64,000 bases of DNA from Candidatus Heimdallarchaeota archaeon (lineage in GTDB: Archaea; Asgardarchaeota; Heimdallarchaeia; Hodarchaeales; Hodarchaeaceae). Of the stretch, positions 10,937 through 22,326 are shown in pieces. The translations under genes and the position numbers were made by a program. The stretch spans positions 32,001 through 96,000 of the forward strand of contig DXJL01000156.1 in the NCBI GenBank assembly GCA_019057635.1, written 5' to 3'. Position 1 is the stretch's first letter. Each line of letters opens with the position of its first letter. Below the pieces are notes generated by a model, which made no database searches, was not told where the DNA came from, and saw nothing but the letters and a program-made list of their open reading frames with translations.

Positions 10937-10948
10937 AAGGTTGATAAT

Positions 10949-12112
10949 ATGGTTCAAACAGAACATCTTTTTACTTCTGAATCAGTAACCGAAGGACATC
11001 CAGATAAAATGGCTGATGCAATATCGGATAGTATCCTTGATGCGATACTGATAAAAGACCCTGAGGCACATGTTGCATGCGAAACTTACCTTACAACTGG
11101 TATGGCGCTTGTTGGCGGTGAAATTTCAACTAATACATATGTAGACATTCAAAAAGTGGTTCGGCAAAAAATCAAAGAAATTGGTTACGTAAATTCAGAT
11201 ATGGGTTTTGATTATAAGAGCGTAGCAGTACTTAATGCTATTCATGAACAAAGTTCTGATATAGCCCAAGGAGTTAAACGGCCAACACCCGAAGAACAAG
11301 GAGCTGGAGATCAAGGAATGATGTTCGGATATGCGTGCTCAGAAACGGATTCTTTTATGCCCTTACCAATTACGCTTGCCCACAGCTTAACTAGTAGGCT
11401 GGCAGAAGTACGTAAGAATGGAAAACTTCATTGGTTACGACCCGATGGGAAATCTCAGGTAACGGTTCAATACAAAGGTGATGTGCCCTCTAAAGTTCTA
11501 TCTGTGGTCATTGCAGCACAGCATTCATCAGAAGTGACCCATTCGCAAATCAAAGAGGAGATCATTGAAAATGTTATCAATCCTGTTATACCATCGATGT
11601 ATCTAGCCGAAAATACTGAATTCTTTGTAAATGAAACAGGACGATTTGTAATTGGAGGTCCTCACGGCGATACTGGGCTTACTGGCAGAAAAATAATTGT
11701 AGATACTTATGGTGGTGTAGGTTCACATGGTGGTGGGTGTTTTTCTGGAAAAGATCCTTCTAAAGTTGATCGTTCAGGATCTTACGCTGCACGCTGGGCC
11801 GCAAAAAATGTTGTTGCTGCGGGATTAGCGAAAAAGTGTGAGATACAAATCGCATATGCGATAGGAGTTTCAAAACCATTATCCATTTATCTCGAGACAA
11901 AAAGAACTAATAAAATCCCAGAGAAAATTATTCTTGACCTTATCAAAACATATTTTGATTTCCGACCTGGAATGATCATTCAGAGGTTGAATCTCAAGCG
12001 TCCAATTTTTGCTAAAACAGCTGCTTATGGTCACTTTGGAAGAGAAGATCCTGATTTTACATGGGAAAAGACTGATATTGCTCCTATCTTAAAAGAAAAC
12101 GCTGGTCTTTGA
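10949..12112 (+). CDS. metK: Methionine adenosyltransferase, bacterial/eukaryotic type
   Basis: [47 protein letters not shown]. Confidence 0.97.
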   Translation: MVQTEHLFTSESVTEGHPDKMADAISDSILDAILIKDPEAHVACETYLTTGMALVGGEISTNTYVDIQKVVRQKIKEIGYVNSDMGFDYKSVAVLNAIHEQSSDIAQGVKRPTPEEQGAGDQGMMFGYACSETDSFMPLPITLAHSLTSRLAEVRKNGKLHWLRPDGKSQVTVQYKGDVPSKVLSVVIAAQHSSEVTHSQIKEEIIENVINPVIPSMYLAENTEFFVNETGRFVIGGPHGDTGLTGRKIIVDTYGGVGSHGGGCFSGKDPSKVDRSGSYAARWAAKNVVAAGLAKKCEIQIAYAIGVSKPLSIYLETKRTNKIPEKIILDLIKTYFDFRPGMIIQRLNLKRPIFAKTAAYGHFGREDPDFTWEKTDIAPILKENAGL

Positions 12113-12151
12113 TCTTCATAACGGATTTCATTTCAGAATCAATTAATGATC

Positions 12152-12775
12152 CTAAAGAATCTCTCTCTTCTCTCTCCATTTTGTATAGTTTCGTAAGCAG
12201 ATAGGACAACAAAAATAATGGCGTGTGTCTTTGATTTTTATAGTTTCATAATCTTCAGAGATTTTTTTCCCACAGTATTCGCATTTCAGATTAATAACCG
12301 TCCCATGTTGAGGGATGCGATGTGCTTTTGAAAAAACTTCTTTGATTAATATCTGAATACGGACTTGTTTAATTGATTGATGAGCTTGGAGATTCTAGAA
12401 GAGCATTTGAATCATGGTGATTGGTTGAAATTGTGTTATTATGAGGAGATTGTAGGTATATAAAACTTTATAAGATGATTTGATTTCGTCTAAGGATTGT
12501 AAATGGTCAACAAATGATTGAACATCGTCTTTCATAACCTGAAAATGTAGAATCGCTGAAAGATCTCCTGTTAATGTATGAGGATTCAAGTAAATTCCGA
12601 AATGATCAATGACGCCTATTTTAATTAACTTATCGATCCGAGCTTGAACAGTGGGAACAGTAAGCATCAGTTCCTCTGCTAGTTCGGAATACGTAGCACG
12701 TCCTTTCTCATATAGTCGATTCAAAATTGTTAAATAAGAAGAATCTAAATCTATTAGGGAATTAGTTCACTTCAT
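12152..12775 (-). pseudogene. CopT/CopR-type Lrp-HTH + TRASH regulator interrupted by in-frame stops (TAG 12395-12397; TGA 12767-12769)
   Basis: ORF 12395-12724 is an Lrp HTH. The same frame continues 80 codons past the TAG into CEYCGKKI...HYFCCPIC (TRASH), ending at TAG 12152-12154. Divergent from copA. Confidence 0.85.
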
Positions 12776-13123
12776 CTGAATAACTTGTTTTGTCTAGAAA
12801 GATCAATCGATAAGTAATTACTTAAAATATTAAAGCTCTACCTAAATTGACTACCTTTCTATTGGAAACGGGAATTTCCAAAAATGAATTTCCTCTTTTG
12901 TTTCAACGAAATTAACCCTTTTAACTTGTATCTTATTATAATCTGAATCCTTTAATTTTTAAGTGCATGATCCTATAAGCGAAATTTTGTAGAGGGTAAA
13001 ATAAGTGAAAAGAACAACTATAGGATTTTTTAGGATTTAGCCCCTAATCATTACTTTATTCGGACTAATTTACCTTTAAATCCACGTTCTTTAAAAATTA
13101 TGGTAAAATAAGGTGATAAAAAG

Positions 13124-15931
13124 ATGTCACAAATCCTTAAATGCGCAATTTGCGATTATACAGAACCTGTTCCAATGCATTGTAGACAATCCATGCATTT
13201 AGAATTAATTGATGGTAAAGAGCAATTAGTCTGCTGGATGGGTCCTTCTTGTGGTGTACAAGACATTCCAACTCATTGTGGAAAACCTATGACACTCGAG
13301 GAAGGAGATTCTCCTGAACGAGTCGATTCTCCTGAATTAGAAGATGGAGGAAAATCCTCTTCCTTTAAAGAAAAAGAAGATCCATTAAGTGGATCCTCTT
13401 CCTTGAAAAATGTTAATTTATCGATAACTGGTATGACTTGTGCCTCTTGTGTAGCTTCTGTAGAGAAAAAGTTAAGCAAAGTGAGTGGGGTACACAAGGT
13501 TAATGTAAACTTAATGACAGAAAAAGCCAATATAGTATTTGATCCCGAAAATGTTTCCATAAAGAAATTAATTACCGATGTGGAAAGCATTGGTTACGGA
13601 GCCGAGAATCTAGAGGTGAAGGCGGGAGCTGCAAATCAGCTTGATTTAAAAATTGAGGGTATGACTTGTGCAAGTTGTGTGAGCTCTATCGAAAAATCTC
13701 TTACAAATGTTGCTGGAGTAACAAATATTACAGTAAACTTAACAACAGAAAAAGCCCACGTAAAATTCGATCCTTCAGTCATCAGTGAAACTGAGGTAAT
13801 AAAGCGAATTGAAAACGTTGGATATGGGGCTACACCAATTATTTCAGATATGAGGACTGAAGATCGAGAAAAGTTAGCACGAGAACGGGAGTACAAACGT
13901 CAAAAAATGAAATTTTTTTCTGCGATAATTTTTACAATTCCTGTGTTTTTATACAGTCTTGGTTATGTGTTGGGTTTAAGAATACCCTTACTATTACCAG
14001 ACCCCTTTATTCTAGGTATTAATACGAGACAATTCGTAGTTATGTTATTCACTATGCCAGTTGTGTTTATTGCTGGCTGGCAATTTCATAGGGGTGCAAT
14101 AAAAGTACTTCGTCATCGTCAGTTCAATATGGATGTTCTCATCTTTATTGGGACTAATGCGGCATTTTGGTATTCCGTTGTATCATTGTTTATCCTAAAG
14201 GGCGAAGTTTTCTTTGAAACAGCAGCATTCTTGATCACATTTCTGCTCTTAGGGAAATTTTTAGAGGCTCGTGCAAAAGGTCAGACCTCACAGGCTATTC
14301 GGAAATTAATTGATCTGCAAGCGAAAGAAGCAACCGTATTGGTGGAGGGTCAAGAGACAAAAATTCCTATTGAAGATGTAACTGTAGGTATGGTAGTACT
14401 GGTTCGTCCAGGTGAGAAAATACCAGTTGATGGTTCCATCCTTGAAGGAAAATCTACAGTTGATGAATCAATGATCACTGGAGAATCTATGCCTGTTAAA
14501 AAATCTGTAGGTGACAAAGTCTTAGGTGCGACAATTAATAATAATGGCCTTTTGAAAGTACAGACAAGTAAAATTGGTGCGGATTCAGCGTTAGCTCAAA
14601 TTGTTAAACTAGTTGAGGATGCGCAAGCATCTAAAGCTCCAATTCAGCGACTTGCGGATATTGTCTCTGGCAGATTTGTCCCATCTGTAATATTAATCTC
14701 CCTAATTACCTTTTTAATATGGTTTAGTCTCTTTACATTTGGTATTCTACCTACATCACTGATTACTGATCTGAATATGAGCCCCTTTGTCTTTTCTTTA
14801 AAATTAATGATAGCAGTGCTAGTGATTGCCTGTCCTTGCGCTTTAGGATTAGCTACTCCAACTGCAATTATGGTTGGTACAGGAAAGGGGGCTGAGAAAG
14901 GAATTTTGATTAAAAATGCCGAATCATTAGAGGCTGCACAAAAAATCGACGCTTTAATATTTGATAAGACTGGCACCTTAACTAAAGGGAAACCTCGTGT
15001 AACAGATATAACTGTATTAAAAAAAGACTTGACTGAAGACGATGTATTAAAGTGGGTCGCCTCTGCCGAACGAGGTTCCGAGCATCCATTAGCTCAGGCA
15101 ATTTTAGAAACAGCTACTGAAAGAAAAATTTCATTATGGGAGCCTAAAGATTTTGAAGCAATTCCAGGTAAAGGAGTTCGTGTACGTGTCGATGGTACGA
15201 TTGTCACTGTAGGCAATAGAAAATTGCATGAAGTAGATGGTTTAATTACAGATTCTATAGAAGCTCTAATGCAAAAATTGGAGAGCCAGGCAAAGACAGT
15301 AGTATTGATTTCTCTAAACAAAGAGCTGATAGGCCTTTTGGGAATTTCAGATCCAATCAAAGAAACGAGTAAAATCACTATTCAACTTCTTAAGGAGATG
15401 GGAATTCAAACTTACATGGTTACTGGCGATAATAATCGTACAGCTGAAGCTATTGCAAGGGAGTTAGGTATTATTGAAGTATTTGCAGAAGTTCTTCCTC
15501 AAAATAAGGCTCAGATAGTTAAAAATTTACAACAAGAAGGTAAATTCGTGGGTATGGTGGGTGATGGGATTAATGACGCTCCTGCTTTAGCACAGGCTGA
15601 TGTAGGGTTTGCGATAGGAAGTGGTACCGACATTGCTATTGAAACTGGAGATATTGTCCTTATTAAGGAAGATCTTCGGGATGTAGTAGCAAGTATTCAA
15701 TTAAGTAGTAAAACTCTTTCAAAAATAAAGCAGAATCTCTTCTGGGCATTTATTTATAATGTTCTCGGCATTCCCTTAGCAGCAGGTGTTTTATTCCTTC
15801 CATTCGGCGTATTACTCGTTCCTGAGATAGCTGCTGCAGCAATGGCCTTCAGCTCGGTATCTGTAGTTTCAAATAGCCTCTTACTCCGATATTACTCTCC
15901 TAGTGCTCAGAATACTAAGATCCTCGCCTAG
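13124..15931 (+). CDS. copA: Cu+-exporting P1B-type ATPase
   Basis: Two GMTCASC HMA domains, [29 protein letters not shown] and MAFSS. Confidence 0.96.
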   Translation: MSQILKCAICDYTEPVPMHCRQSMHLELIDGKEQLVCWMGPSCGVQDIPTHCGKPMTLEEGDSPERVDSPELEDGGKSSSFKEKEDPLSGSSSLKNVNLSITGMTCASCVASVEKKLSKVSGVHKVNVNLMTEKANIVFDPENVSIKKLITDVESIGYGAENLEVKAGAANQLDLKIEGMTCASCVSSIEKSLTNVAGVTNITVNLTTEKAHVKFDPSVISETEVIKRIENVGYGATPIISDMRTEDREKLAREREYKRQKMKFFSAIIFTIPVFLYSLGYVLGLRIPLLLPDPFILGINTRQFVVMLFTMPVVFIAGWQFHRGAIKVLRHRQFNMDVLIFIGTNAAFWYSVVSLFILKGEVFFETAAFLITFLLLGKFLEARAKGQTSQAIRKLIDLQAKEATVLVEGQETKIPIEDVTVGMVVLVRPGEKIPVDGSILEGKSTVDESMITGESMPVKKSVGDKVLGATINNNGLLKVQTSKIGADSALAQIVKLVEDAQASKAPIQRLADIVSGRFVPSVILISLITFLIWFSLFTFGILPTSLITDLNMSPFVFSLKLMIAVLVIACPCALGLATPTAIMVGTGKGAEKGILIKNAESLEAAQKIDALIFDKTGTLTKGKPRVTDITVLKKDLTEDDVLKWVASAERGSEHPLAQAILETATERKISLWEPKDFEAIPGKGVRVRVDGTIVTVGNRKLHEVDGLITDSIEALMQKLESQAKTVVLISLNKELIGLLGISDPIKETSKITIQLLKEMGIQTYMVTGDNNRTAEAIARELGIIEVFAEVLPQNKAQIVKNLQQEGKFVGMVGDGINDAPALAQADVGFAIGSGTDIAIETGDIVLIKEDLRDVVASIQLSSKTLSKIKQNLFWAFIYNVLGIPLAAGVLFLPFGVLLVPEIAAAAMAFSSVSVVSNSLLLRYYSPSAQNTKILA

Positions 15932-15983
15932 GACATTAATTCTAATTTCTTTTCTTTCGACCAAATTCCTCAATCTGAGTAAA

Positions 15984-16012
15984 TTTCTCTAATTTTTCTG
16001 AAATTAGAGAAA
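15984..16012. terminator. Perfect 12-bp inverted repeat downstream of copA (terminator or operator)
   Basis: TTTCTCTAATTT-ttctg-AAATTAGAGAAA. Confidence 0.35.
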
Positions 16013-16150
16013 GACGATAGAAATTTAAACACCTAAGTCATAAAAACAACTACTTGAAAGGAGTGTGGAAAGTACCTTTCACTAGAACTTACTTCCATTC
16101 ATCCTCAAATCTAAACAAAAAACTACTTCTCCAATGCTTCGGAAACAGGG

Positions 16151-17170
16151 ATGAGTTGTCAAATGTACGAGTTGGCGCCAATTCGCAAATTATCTGAGGT
16201 AGATTATGCTCGAGCTGATACATTTGGCGATAGAGCATGTTCCCTCTCACGCTTAATGGCACGAGGGTATCACGTTCCTAAGGGTATTGTAATATCTACA
16301 AAGGTTTTCAAACGATATCTTAATACCGCTCCAGGGACGAAACGAATTGATCAGTTAATTGAGCAAGTTTCCCCTGCAACGATTAACGAAACTGCGCAAG
16401 AAATTCAGGATTTAATTAATTTTAGTCCTGTCCCAATGCAGATGGCAAATCAAATAGCTAATGCAATAACTTCACTTTTAGAAAATTCTCCTTCTCAGGC
16501 ATTAATTGTTCGGACTTCGGCTAATGTAGAAGGGTCATCGCGACATGTTTGTTCTGGAAGGGGAGTACATTTCAATATGAATGATATCAGCCAAATTATT
16601 CGTGTCGTAAAGAATTGTTGGGCATCAGCGTATACAGCTGATGTACTGAAAGATTTGATAAATGTGGGTCTTGCCCCTGATAGCGTTTGGGTGGCTGTTA
16701 TTGTCGAAAAAATGGTGCAGGCTAATATCAGTGGGATAATGTATATCGAAAAAGGTAATAAGGAAGAGAAAATCCACATTGAAGCCAATTGGGGAGCTCA
16801 AGTTCACCATTCTGAGGATGGAATTTTCCCTGACCATGTCATCATAGATCCATCCGAGACAAAAATTGGAGAACCTATCGAAACATTTAATGCGTACAAA
16901 GGAAAAATTTTTCAAATATCTCCCGAAAATCATCAATTGGAAATTATCGAAAACGATCCAGCGAAAAGAAATGTACTTTCGCTAGATCAAGCAAAAATTT
17001 CAACTCTAGCTCAATTAGCTAAAAAAATTCATGATGATTTTGAGGTAGGCTATATGATTGAGTTTGTATTTGATGAAACTGACACCTTGTGGTTATTGGA
17101 CGCTGTACCACTTTCGGTCCATAAGAATCTCCACAAAATAGGTCAATCCTCGGTGGTTAAAACGACCTAG
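16151..17170 (+). CDS. Stand-alone PEP-synthase/PPDK N-terminal (ATP-grasp) domain protein
   Basis: VPKG.VI, L.VRTSA..E, VK.CWAS, AVIV..MV.A..SG, IEA.WG, IEF. No phosphohistidine swivel domain. Confidence 0.8.
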   Translation: MSCQMYELAPIRKLSEVDYARADTFGDRACSLSRLMARGYHVPKGIVISTKVFKRYLNTAPGTKRIDQLIEQVSPATINETAQEIQDLINFSPVPMQMANQIANAITSLLENSPSQALIVRTSANVEGSSRHVCSGRGVHFNMNDISQIIRVVKNCWASAYTADVLKDLINVGLAPDSVWVAVIVEKMVQANISGIMYIEKGNKEEKIHIEANWGAQVHHSEDGIFPDHVIIDPSETKIGEPIETFNAYKGKIFQISPENHQLEIIENDPAKRNVLSLDQAKISTLAQLAKKIHDDFEVGYMIEFVFDETDTLWLLDAVPLSVHKNLHKIGQSSVVKTT

Positions 17171-17182
17171 AATTAATTATCA

Positions 17183-18373
17183 TTATTCAAAGAACAAAAG
17201 CTCTAATGTTTCTTTCATAGGGGAGGAAAGACGGTAGTAAACTTCTCTACCTTCCTTGAAATAGGAAATGATTCCCGCTTTCAAAAGGGTCTGACATTGA
17301 TACGTTAAGGAAGAATCTTTAATTCCTGACCTCTCCTGGAGCTCTGATCGCTGAATTGAACCCTCTAAATAATCAAGAAAGATCATCTCCTCTAAAATTT
17401 CCTTCTTAGGAAGTGCGTTCTTTTTTATACGAGTTAAAGAACGGGTAAATGATGGAGAAATGGCTTTTAATGGATCTATTATAGGCCAGAACTCTCCTCC
17501 AGATTCATCTTTTTCTTCTTGAACGATTCGAGCATTATTATCGATAATGAGTCTTAGAGCTTTCTCGAAACTCAATCTGGATACTACACTTTGAAAATCA
17601 TCGAGAGTAATTTTTTGGACCTTGTTTCGATCAATAACTTTGAGGGGGATATTTCTAATTATCCAAAGAGCAAGTCCTGGAAGACCCAATGATAGAATAC
17701 CTGCATAGCGCAATATATTCATAGGTAGGAATTGTGTACTTTCAAGGAAATCCATCCTTTCCTTTAATATTTGGACGATTTCGGTATGACTAGGCTTTTT
17801 ATAATGGAAGAAGAGTGGTTTATGGTCAAATAATACTAACTCCTCACTTTTTGACCGTCTTCTTAACCAATGATCTTCAATTGAATTTAATAATGTCACA
17901 ATAACTATTTTATCATGGCTAGAGCGTCGGAGAAGATCCTGGAAGGAAGTAAATGATAAATCATCCCAAATTGGAAAGATATCATCCAAGAAGAATATCT
18001 GCGTCGAGGAAAAATCTGTCTCTTCCCACCACTCCCAAAATTTATGATCGTACTGAACATAACGAGAATAGTTAGGACCGACGATACTATTAATTTCCTG
18101 CGAAATAAAACGTGCAGCAGAAGATTTTCCGATTCTTCGTGGCCCCAAAAGTGTTAAGGAAAGGATTTCATTTGGTAAAGGCGTAGCATTTACCATTTGT
18201 CCAAGTAAATGGCTTAATCTCTGAATTTCAGAAGTATTGATATAACACTGAGGAAAAGAAATAGGGAAGTCATCCTGAAAAACATTATTAAGCATCTGAC
18301 TAAAATTTAATTGCTCACGCCAATGCCGCGAGTGTTTTTTACCTTCTAGAAATAATTTTCCAGGAGAATCCAA
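17183..18373 (-). CDS. P-loop ATPase with C-terminal winged-helix (ArsR-like) domain
   Basis: Walker A GPRRIGKS, Walker B FFLDD, G.PG motif, C-terminal SELQERSGIKDSSLTY...EGREVYYRL. Confidence 0.75.
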   Translation of the reverse strand: MDSPGKLFLEGKKHSRHWREQLNFSQMLNNVFQDDFPISFPQCYINTSEIQRLSHLLGQMVNATPLPNEILSLTLLGPRRIGKSSAARFISQEINSIVGPNYSRYVQYDHKFWEWWEETDFSSTQIFFLDDIFPIWDDLSFTSFQDLLRRSSHDKIVIVTLLNSIEDHWLRRRSKSEELVLFDHKPLFFHYKKPSHTEIVQILKERMDFLESTQFLPMNILRYAGILSLGLPGLALWIIRNIPLKVIDRNKVQKITLDDFQSVVSRLSFEKALRLIIDNNARIVQEEKDESGGEFWPIIDPLKAISPSFTRSLTRIKKNALPKKEILEEMIFLDYLEGSIQRSELQERSGIKDSSLTYQCQTLLKAGIISYFKEGREVYYRLSSPMKETLELLFFE

Positions 18374-18848
18374 CTAAGAAGCCTCTAGTGATGTAATATA
18401 TATTCGAACTATTTAAATTATTTGAATTTTCTTTGTATATTAGAAAAACCGACTTAAAATAGAAATATCTATTTAATTATTATGTTAATATTTATTTTAC
18501 ATCTACCGCACTTTATGAGAATCATGTCCTCAATATCCTAATTTATTATGATGATTGCACATTTCATTTGATTTAGTCCAGCTATAGTGTTATTCATTCA
18601 TTTCTTAATCCGAAATCTCATTTTACAGTCCTCTTACCAAATATAGTCTTATTCAACGAATATTGACAACAAATGGAGTAGCTGGAATTATCTAGGTAGG
18701 TAAAAGATAAGGTTATCGTTGGAAAAATGATTTTAGATCTTTTAACACTTATGTGGGGTCTTGACAATAGCAATAACTGATAAAAATAAGAAAAGATTTA
18801 CATCTAGATGGAATTTGTTTTTTCTAAACCATTTGTGAGTGATGTATA

Positions 18849-20030
18849 ATGGTAGCCCTATTGCTTGAAAGTGTGAATAAGGGTAGAAAATCTATTAAGG
18901 CCTTTTTACACGATTTAGGGTCTCTGAAATACATATTCTTTTTTCTAATTTCTCTCCACTTAGTTTTGGGGGTATTCTTCCTTCCATTATTCTCGAGTGA
19001 TTTTGAAAGGAACCTTTTTTATGGGGAAGCCTTTTGGAAACATGGTTTTCAGGTTTATGATATGACGCCACTCGAGATCGATCCTAATTACTCGATTGGT
19101 GATCCCACCTCGGGGATTCTATCATATCCAAATACAACTTTTGATTATCCAACTCTCCAGTTATTATTTTGGGTTGGAATTGCGGCCCTGCCCTTTCCTC
19201 AAATCACAGCGAAATGGATTTTGTCAATCTTTGATATATTTAATACGATCTTGATTTTTGAGCTATTGAAGCGGTTTTCGCCTAATGAAAATGGTAGTGA
19301 GAAATCTGAATTATTTGAAAAAGGATTTACTCTCTCCTATCTCTTATTTGCTATTCCCTTCTCTGCTATTGAAGGACAATCTACTTCTATTACCATTTTT
19401 TTCTTTTTAATTTCGATAGCATTGTATTCTCGTAATAATCAAGCGAGTTATTTGGCCGTTGGCCTTGGTTTCCACTGGAAATATGTAACATTGCTTATTC
19501 TTCCGTATTTACTTGTGAAGGATATCGGTTCGGTGAAAAAAATGTTGAGTGGCCTTGGTTATCTTGTTGGTTGTTTAATTTTATTGTCCTTCCCACTATT
19601 CTTTTCCCAGTTTATATTGTCATACTTTAGTTTTTTTGGGAACTTATCTCTATACTCTGGGCAAATCCCCTCTAATCCTTTGTTGATATCGAAATTGTAT
19701 ATATCATCGATTCTATCAACTGGAATGCTACTATTGGGTATTTTTATTTGGTTAAAACCAGTTTTAGAAAATAGAAAGATCTCATTCGATATCCAAGGAA
19801 TAATAGGTAGGGGATATTGGATTCCTTTACTCTTACTCCTTTTATTCTTAAAAATATATGCAACAGCATTTCCTTGGTACTGGATGTGGTTTTATGCGTT
19901 AATTGTCATTTTTCCAAGGAAAGACCGACGCTTATTTACTAAATTATTCGCGATTACGTTCGCGTTTGGTTTAGTCGACTTTGTAGATATGACTGTGGGG
20001 TTTGAGACTTTTTTCGGTTTTTTTTCTTAA
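18849..20030 (+). CDS. Multi-pass membrane protein, probable GT-C glycosyltransferase (GT87/PIG-M-like)
   Basis: Many TM helices, SSD after TM1, F.YP, EGQ, K(Y), FPWY..W. Confidence 0.6.
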   Translation: MVALLLESVNKGRKSIKAFLHDLGSLKYIFFFLISLHLVLGVFFLPLFSSDFERNLFYGEAFWKHGFQVYDMTPLEIDPNYSIGDPTSGILSYPNTTFDYPTLQLLFWVGIAALPFPQITAKWILSIFDIFNTILIFELLKRFSPNENGSEKSELFEKGFTLSYLLFAIPFSAIEGQSTSITIFFFLISIALYSRNNQASYLAVGLGFHWKYVTLLILPYLLVKDIGSVKKMLSGLGYLVGCLILLSFPLFFSQFILSYFSFFGNLSLYSGQIPSNPLLISKLYISSILSTGMLLLGIFIWLKPVLENRKISFDIQGIIGRGYWIPLLLLLLFLKIYATAFPWYWMWFYALIVIFPRKDRRLFTKLFAITFAFGLVDFVDMTVGFETFFGFFS

Positions 20031-20065
20031 GTATGTAAACCTAGAGATCCTCTTACCTATTATTA

Positions 20066-21436
20066 CTACTGTCCAAGATACAGGCTACGTCCACGCGAGG
20101 GGAGTATCAACGGAATGTCAACAATATCTTTATACTTTTCTGGATGTTCACTATGAATAGGGATTAAGATTTCTGGGGCAATTTCTTCAACGATATGCTT
20201 TAAATCCTTGCGAGGGGCATGCCCTGAAGCATGAAATTGATGGAAATCAAGCTTAAAAGCTTCAACCCATTCCATCATTCGTTTATAGTCAATTAATCCC
20301 TCTTCAGAGAAAGGATCTCCATGTGAATAGAAATAAGTAGCTGATTTTGGTTTAATATCAATTAAATCCGTTAGGTTCCAAAAATCACAATGGAAAATAT
20401 ATTCTTCTTGAGCAAAATTAGGATTATCAATAATTGTGATGGAAGGATCGTTAATAATTTCCTGTTCCCAGCGATAGTATCGTCCTTTTGGTCGTTGATA
20501 AACCTCGATATTAGGGTCTTCAAAGGATGGGATATCCAAATGTACATCTTTTTGCAATAATTTCAGCAAGTGTGCCTGTTTCAAATTAATCATGAGTTTT
20601 CGTGAGTTTTTTGTGGCAGCAAAATAGAAACTTCTAAACCTGTCTATGTCTCTTAAAGTGTAATTTGCAATTGCCAAACCTTCGGTCATTTGAATAGTTT
20701 CTGATACATCTTGTTGTACCTGTGGCTCATTTAATTCAAAATCCTCATCAACATTGGTACCTTCCATTAATAAGATCTTTACCCCTTTCTTCTTAGCGAT
20801 ATTAATGAAGTCAGTTGTAAGATCTTTTCGCCATCCATGTAATCTCACATCACCTGAATAACCTATCACTAAATCTTCTTTACGATCTTCAATTATAAAA
20901 CCATAAGCTCCTGGGATAGAATGATCTACATGTACTGGGGTAATGGTTAATCCCGAAATCTGGATTGTATCTCCAGTACGAAATGTTCGCACATTAGATG
21001 AAGTATTATCAGACGGGGGTCGAATAAACGGTCTTCCAAATCTAGGTCGTGAGGTTTCCTGTACAGAGGTTAGTATAGTTTTTGCAGTTTCCCCCATATA
21101 GACAGGAATATCTTCTGATAGGAGATGAATGTTGCCGTAGTGATCCATATGAGCATGTGATAAGAAACAACCATGAATGTTCTTAATATCTCCCGGAAAA
21201 CTTACATTGAAGTCATCGGAGTATAATCCATTCATTTTAGGCAAAATATTAAATTCCAGGAAATCGGTTAACCCTTGGCTTGTACGTGGTTGTAAATATC
21301 CTGCGTAATAAATCCCTTCATTTTTAAAAGAACGACCAAAATCTAAAAGGATACTGGCATTTTCTTCCTCAAGAAGGAAACAATTACCCCCAATTTCATC
21401 AATACCACCATACGGTGTTAGTTTCATATTATTCAT
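20066..21436 (-). CDS. Metallo-beta-lactamase/beta-CASP nuclease, RNase J family
   Basis: GG..EIGGN, SHAHMDH, VDHSIPG, YSGD.R, HASGH, PIH.E. Confidence 0.88.
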   Translation of the reverse strand: MNNMKLTPYGGIDEIGGNCFLLEEENASILLDFGRSFKNEGIYYAGYLQPRTSQGLTDFLEFNILPKMNGLYSDDFNVSFPGDIKNIHGCFLSHAHMDHYGNIHLLSEDIPVYMGETAKTILTSVQETSRPRFGRPFIRPPSDNTSSNVRTFRTGDTIQISGLTITPVHVDHSIPGAYGFIIEDRKEDLVIGYSGDVRLHGWRKDLTTDFINIAKKKGVKILLMEGTNVDEDFELNEPQVQQDVSETIQMTEGLAIANYTLRDIDRFRSFYFAATKNSRKLMINLKQAHLLKLLQKDVHLDIPSFEDPNIEVYQRPKGRYYRWEQEIINDPSITIIDNPNFAQEEYIFHCDFWNLTDLIDIKPKSATYFYSHGDPFSEEGLIDYKRMMEWVEAFKLDFHQFHASGHAPRKDLKHIVEEIAPEILIPIHSEHPEKYKDIVDIPLILPSRGRSLYLGQ

Positions 21437-21460
21437 TCCTAGTTTTTCTTGTTGCTTTTC

Positions 21461-22276
21461 TTACTTCCGTTTCTTCAATATTAAAGCATAATGGTGATGG
21501 ATATTGGAAACAAAACTATATGGATAGCCATACGGTCTCAAATTTTTCTGATTTTGTAACCAAATTCGTTCTCCCAAAAAGGAATACCATTTTGTTAGAC
21601 GTAGGGGGAGTTCGAAGGCGAGAGGTATCATTTCTCCCTTATCCCTGACATTTTGGATAAATACAATTAGATGGGCTTGGGGAAGTAATAGTTCATGAAT
21701 TTTAGTGAATATATCTACCAATTCATTTAGGAACTCTTCTTTTTCTTCTATCATTCCTAAATCAAGAGGATTTTGCCCATATTGGAGGTCGAGACCTTTT
21801 TCTAAGCGTTCTTGTTGATTATAATCTTTTTTTTTCTTTAATATTCGCCAATATGGAGGAGAGGTGATGCAAAGAGAAAAAGATTGTTTTTCTAAAGTGG
21901 GTAGAAGTATTCGGACATCACCTTCAAGAACAGGGAACTTTGTTCTAGATTTTGCAGTTTTAAAATACTTAGGATAAAGTTCTATACCGATACCCTTTCT
22001 TGCTGTGTTTTCACAGGCAACTAAAGTCGACCCTGTCCCCAAAAATGGATCTAGTACTATTTCACCAGGTTTCGTGAAAAATTCGATGAATTCTTCTATC
22101 ATAGAGGGAGGAAATGACGCAGGATGTAAATCAATCTCATGTGAAATGTCACTTGGTCTACCATCGGCTATAAACCAAGATTTTGTAAAACGAATCCACT
22201 CTTTCCCCGAGAGTGCGTTTAGCTTATTCCGAGGATCAATCTTTCCTGAATCTTTCATCACTATCCACTCTCTCAA
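21461..22276 (-). CDS. DNA methyltransferase (motif I before SPPY; probable m4C)
   Basis: HPA.FP, DPFLGTGST, ITSPPYW. Confidence 0.85.
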   Translation of the reverse strand: MREWIVMKDSGKIDPRNKLNALSGKEWIRFTKSWFIADGRPSDISHEIDLHPASFPPSMIEEFIEFFTKPGEIVLDPFLGTGSTLVACENTARKGIGIELYPKYFKTAKSRTKFPVLEGDVRILLPTLEKQSFSLCITSPPYWRILKKKKDYNQQERLEKGLDLQYGQNPLDLGMIEEKEEFLNELVDIFTKIHELLLPQAHLIVFIQNVRDKGEMIPLAFELPLRLTKWYSFLGERIWLQNQKNLRPYGYPYSFVSNIHHHYALILKKRK

Positions 22277-22326
22277 TCCATTTTTCTAAGTTAAAAATAT
22301 ATAATAAAAAGGTACGGTGAGGAATC

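Noticed and set aside
12395-12397. Genome-wide TAG recoding (pyrrolysine code)
   Set aside because: TAG is the normal stop at conserved C-termini here (gyrB LDI*, top6A, copA), and the affected gene has a second stop (TGA).
12862-12881. TTGGAAA-N6-TTTCCAA inverted repeat between copT and copA as an operator
   Set aside because: 7-bp arms in AT-rich DNA arise by chance and no second copy supports it.
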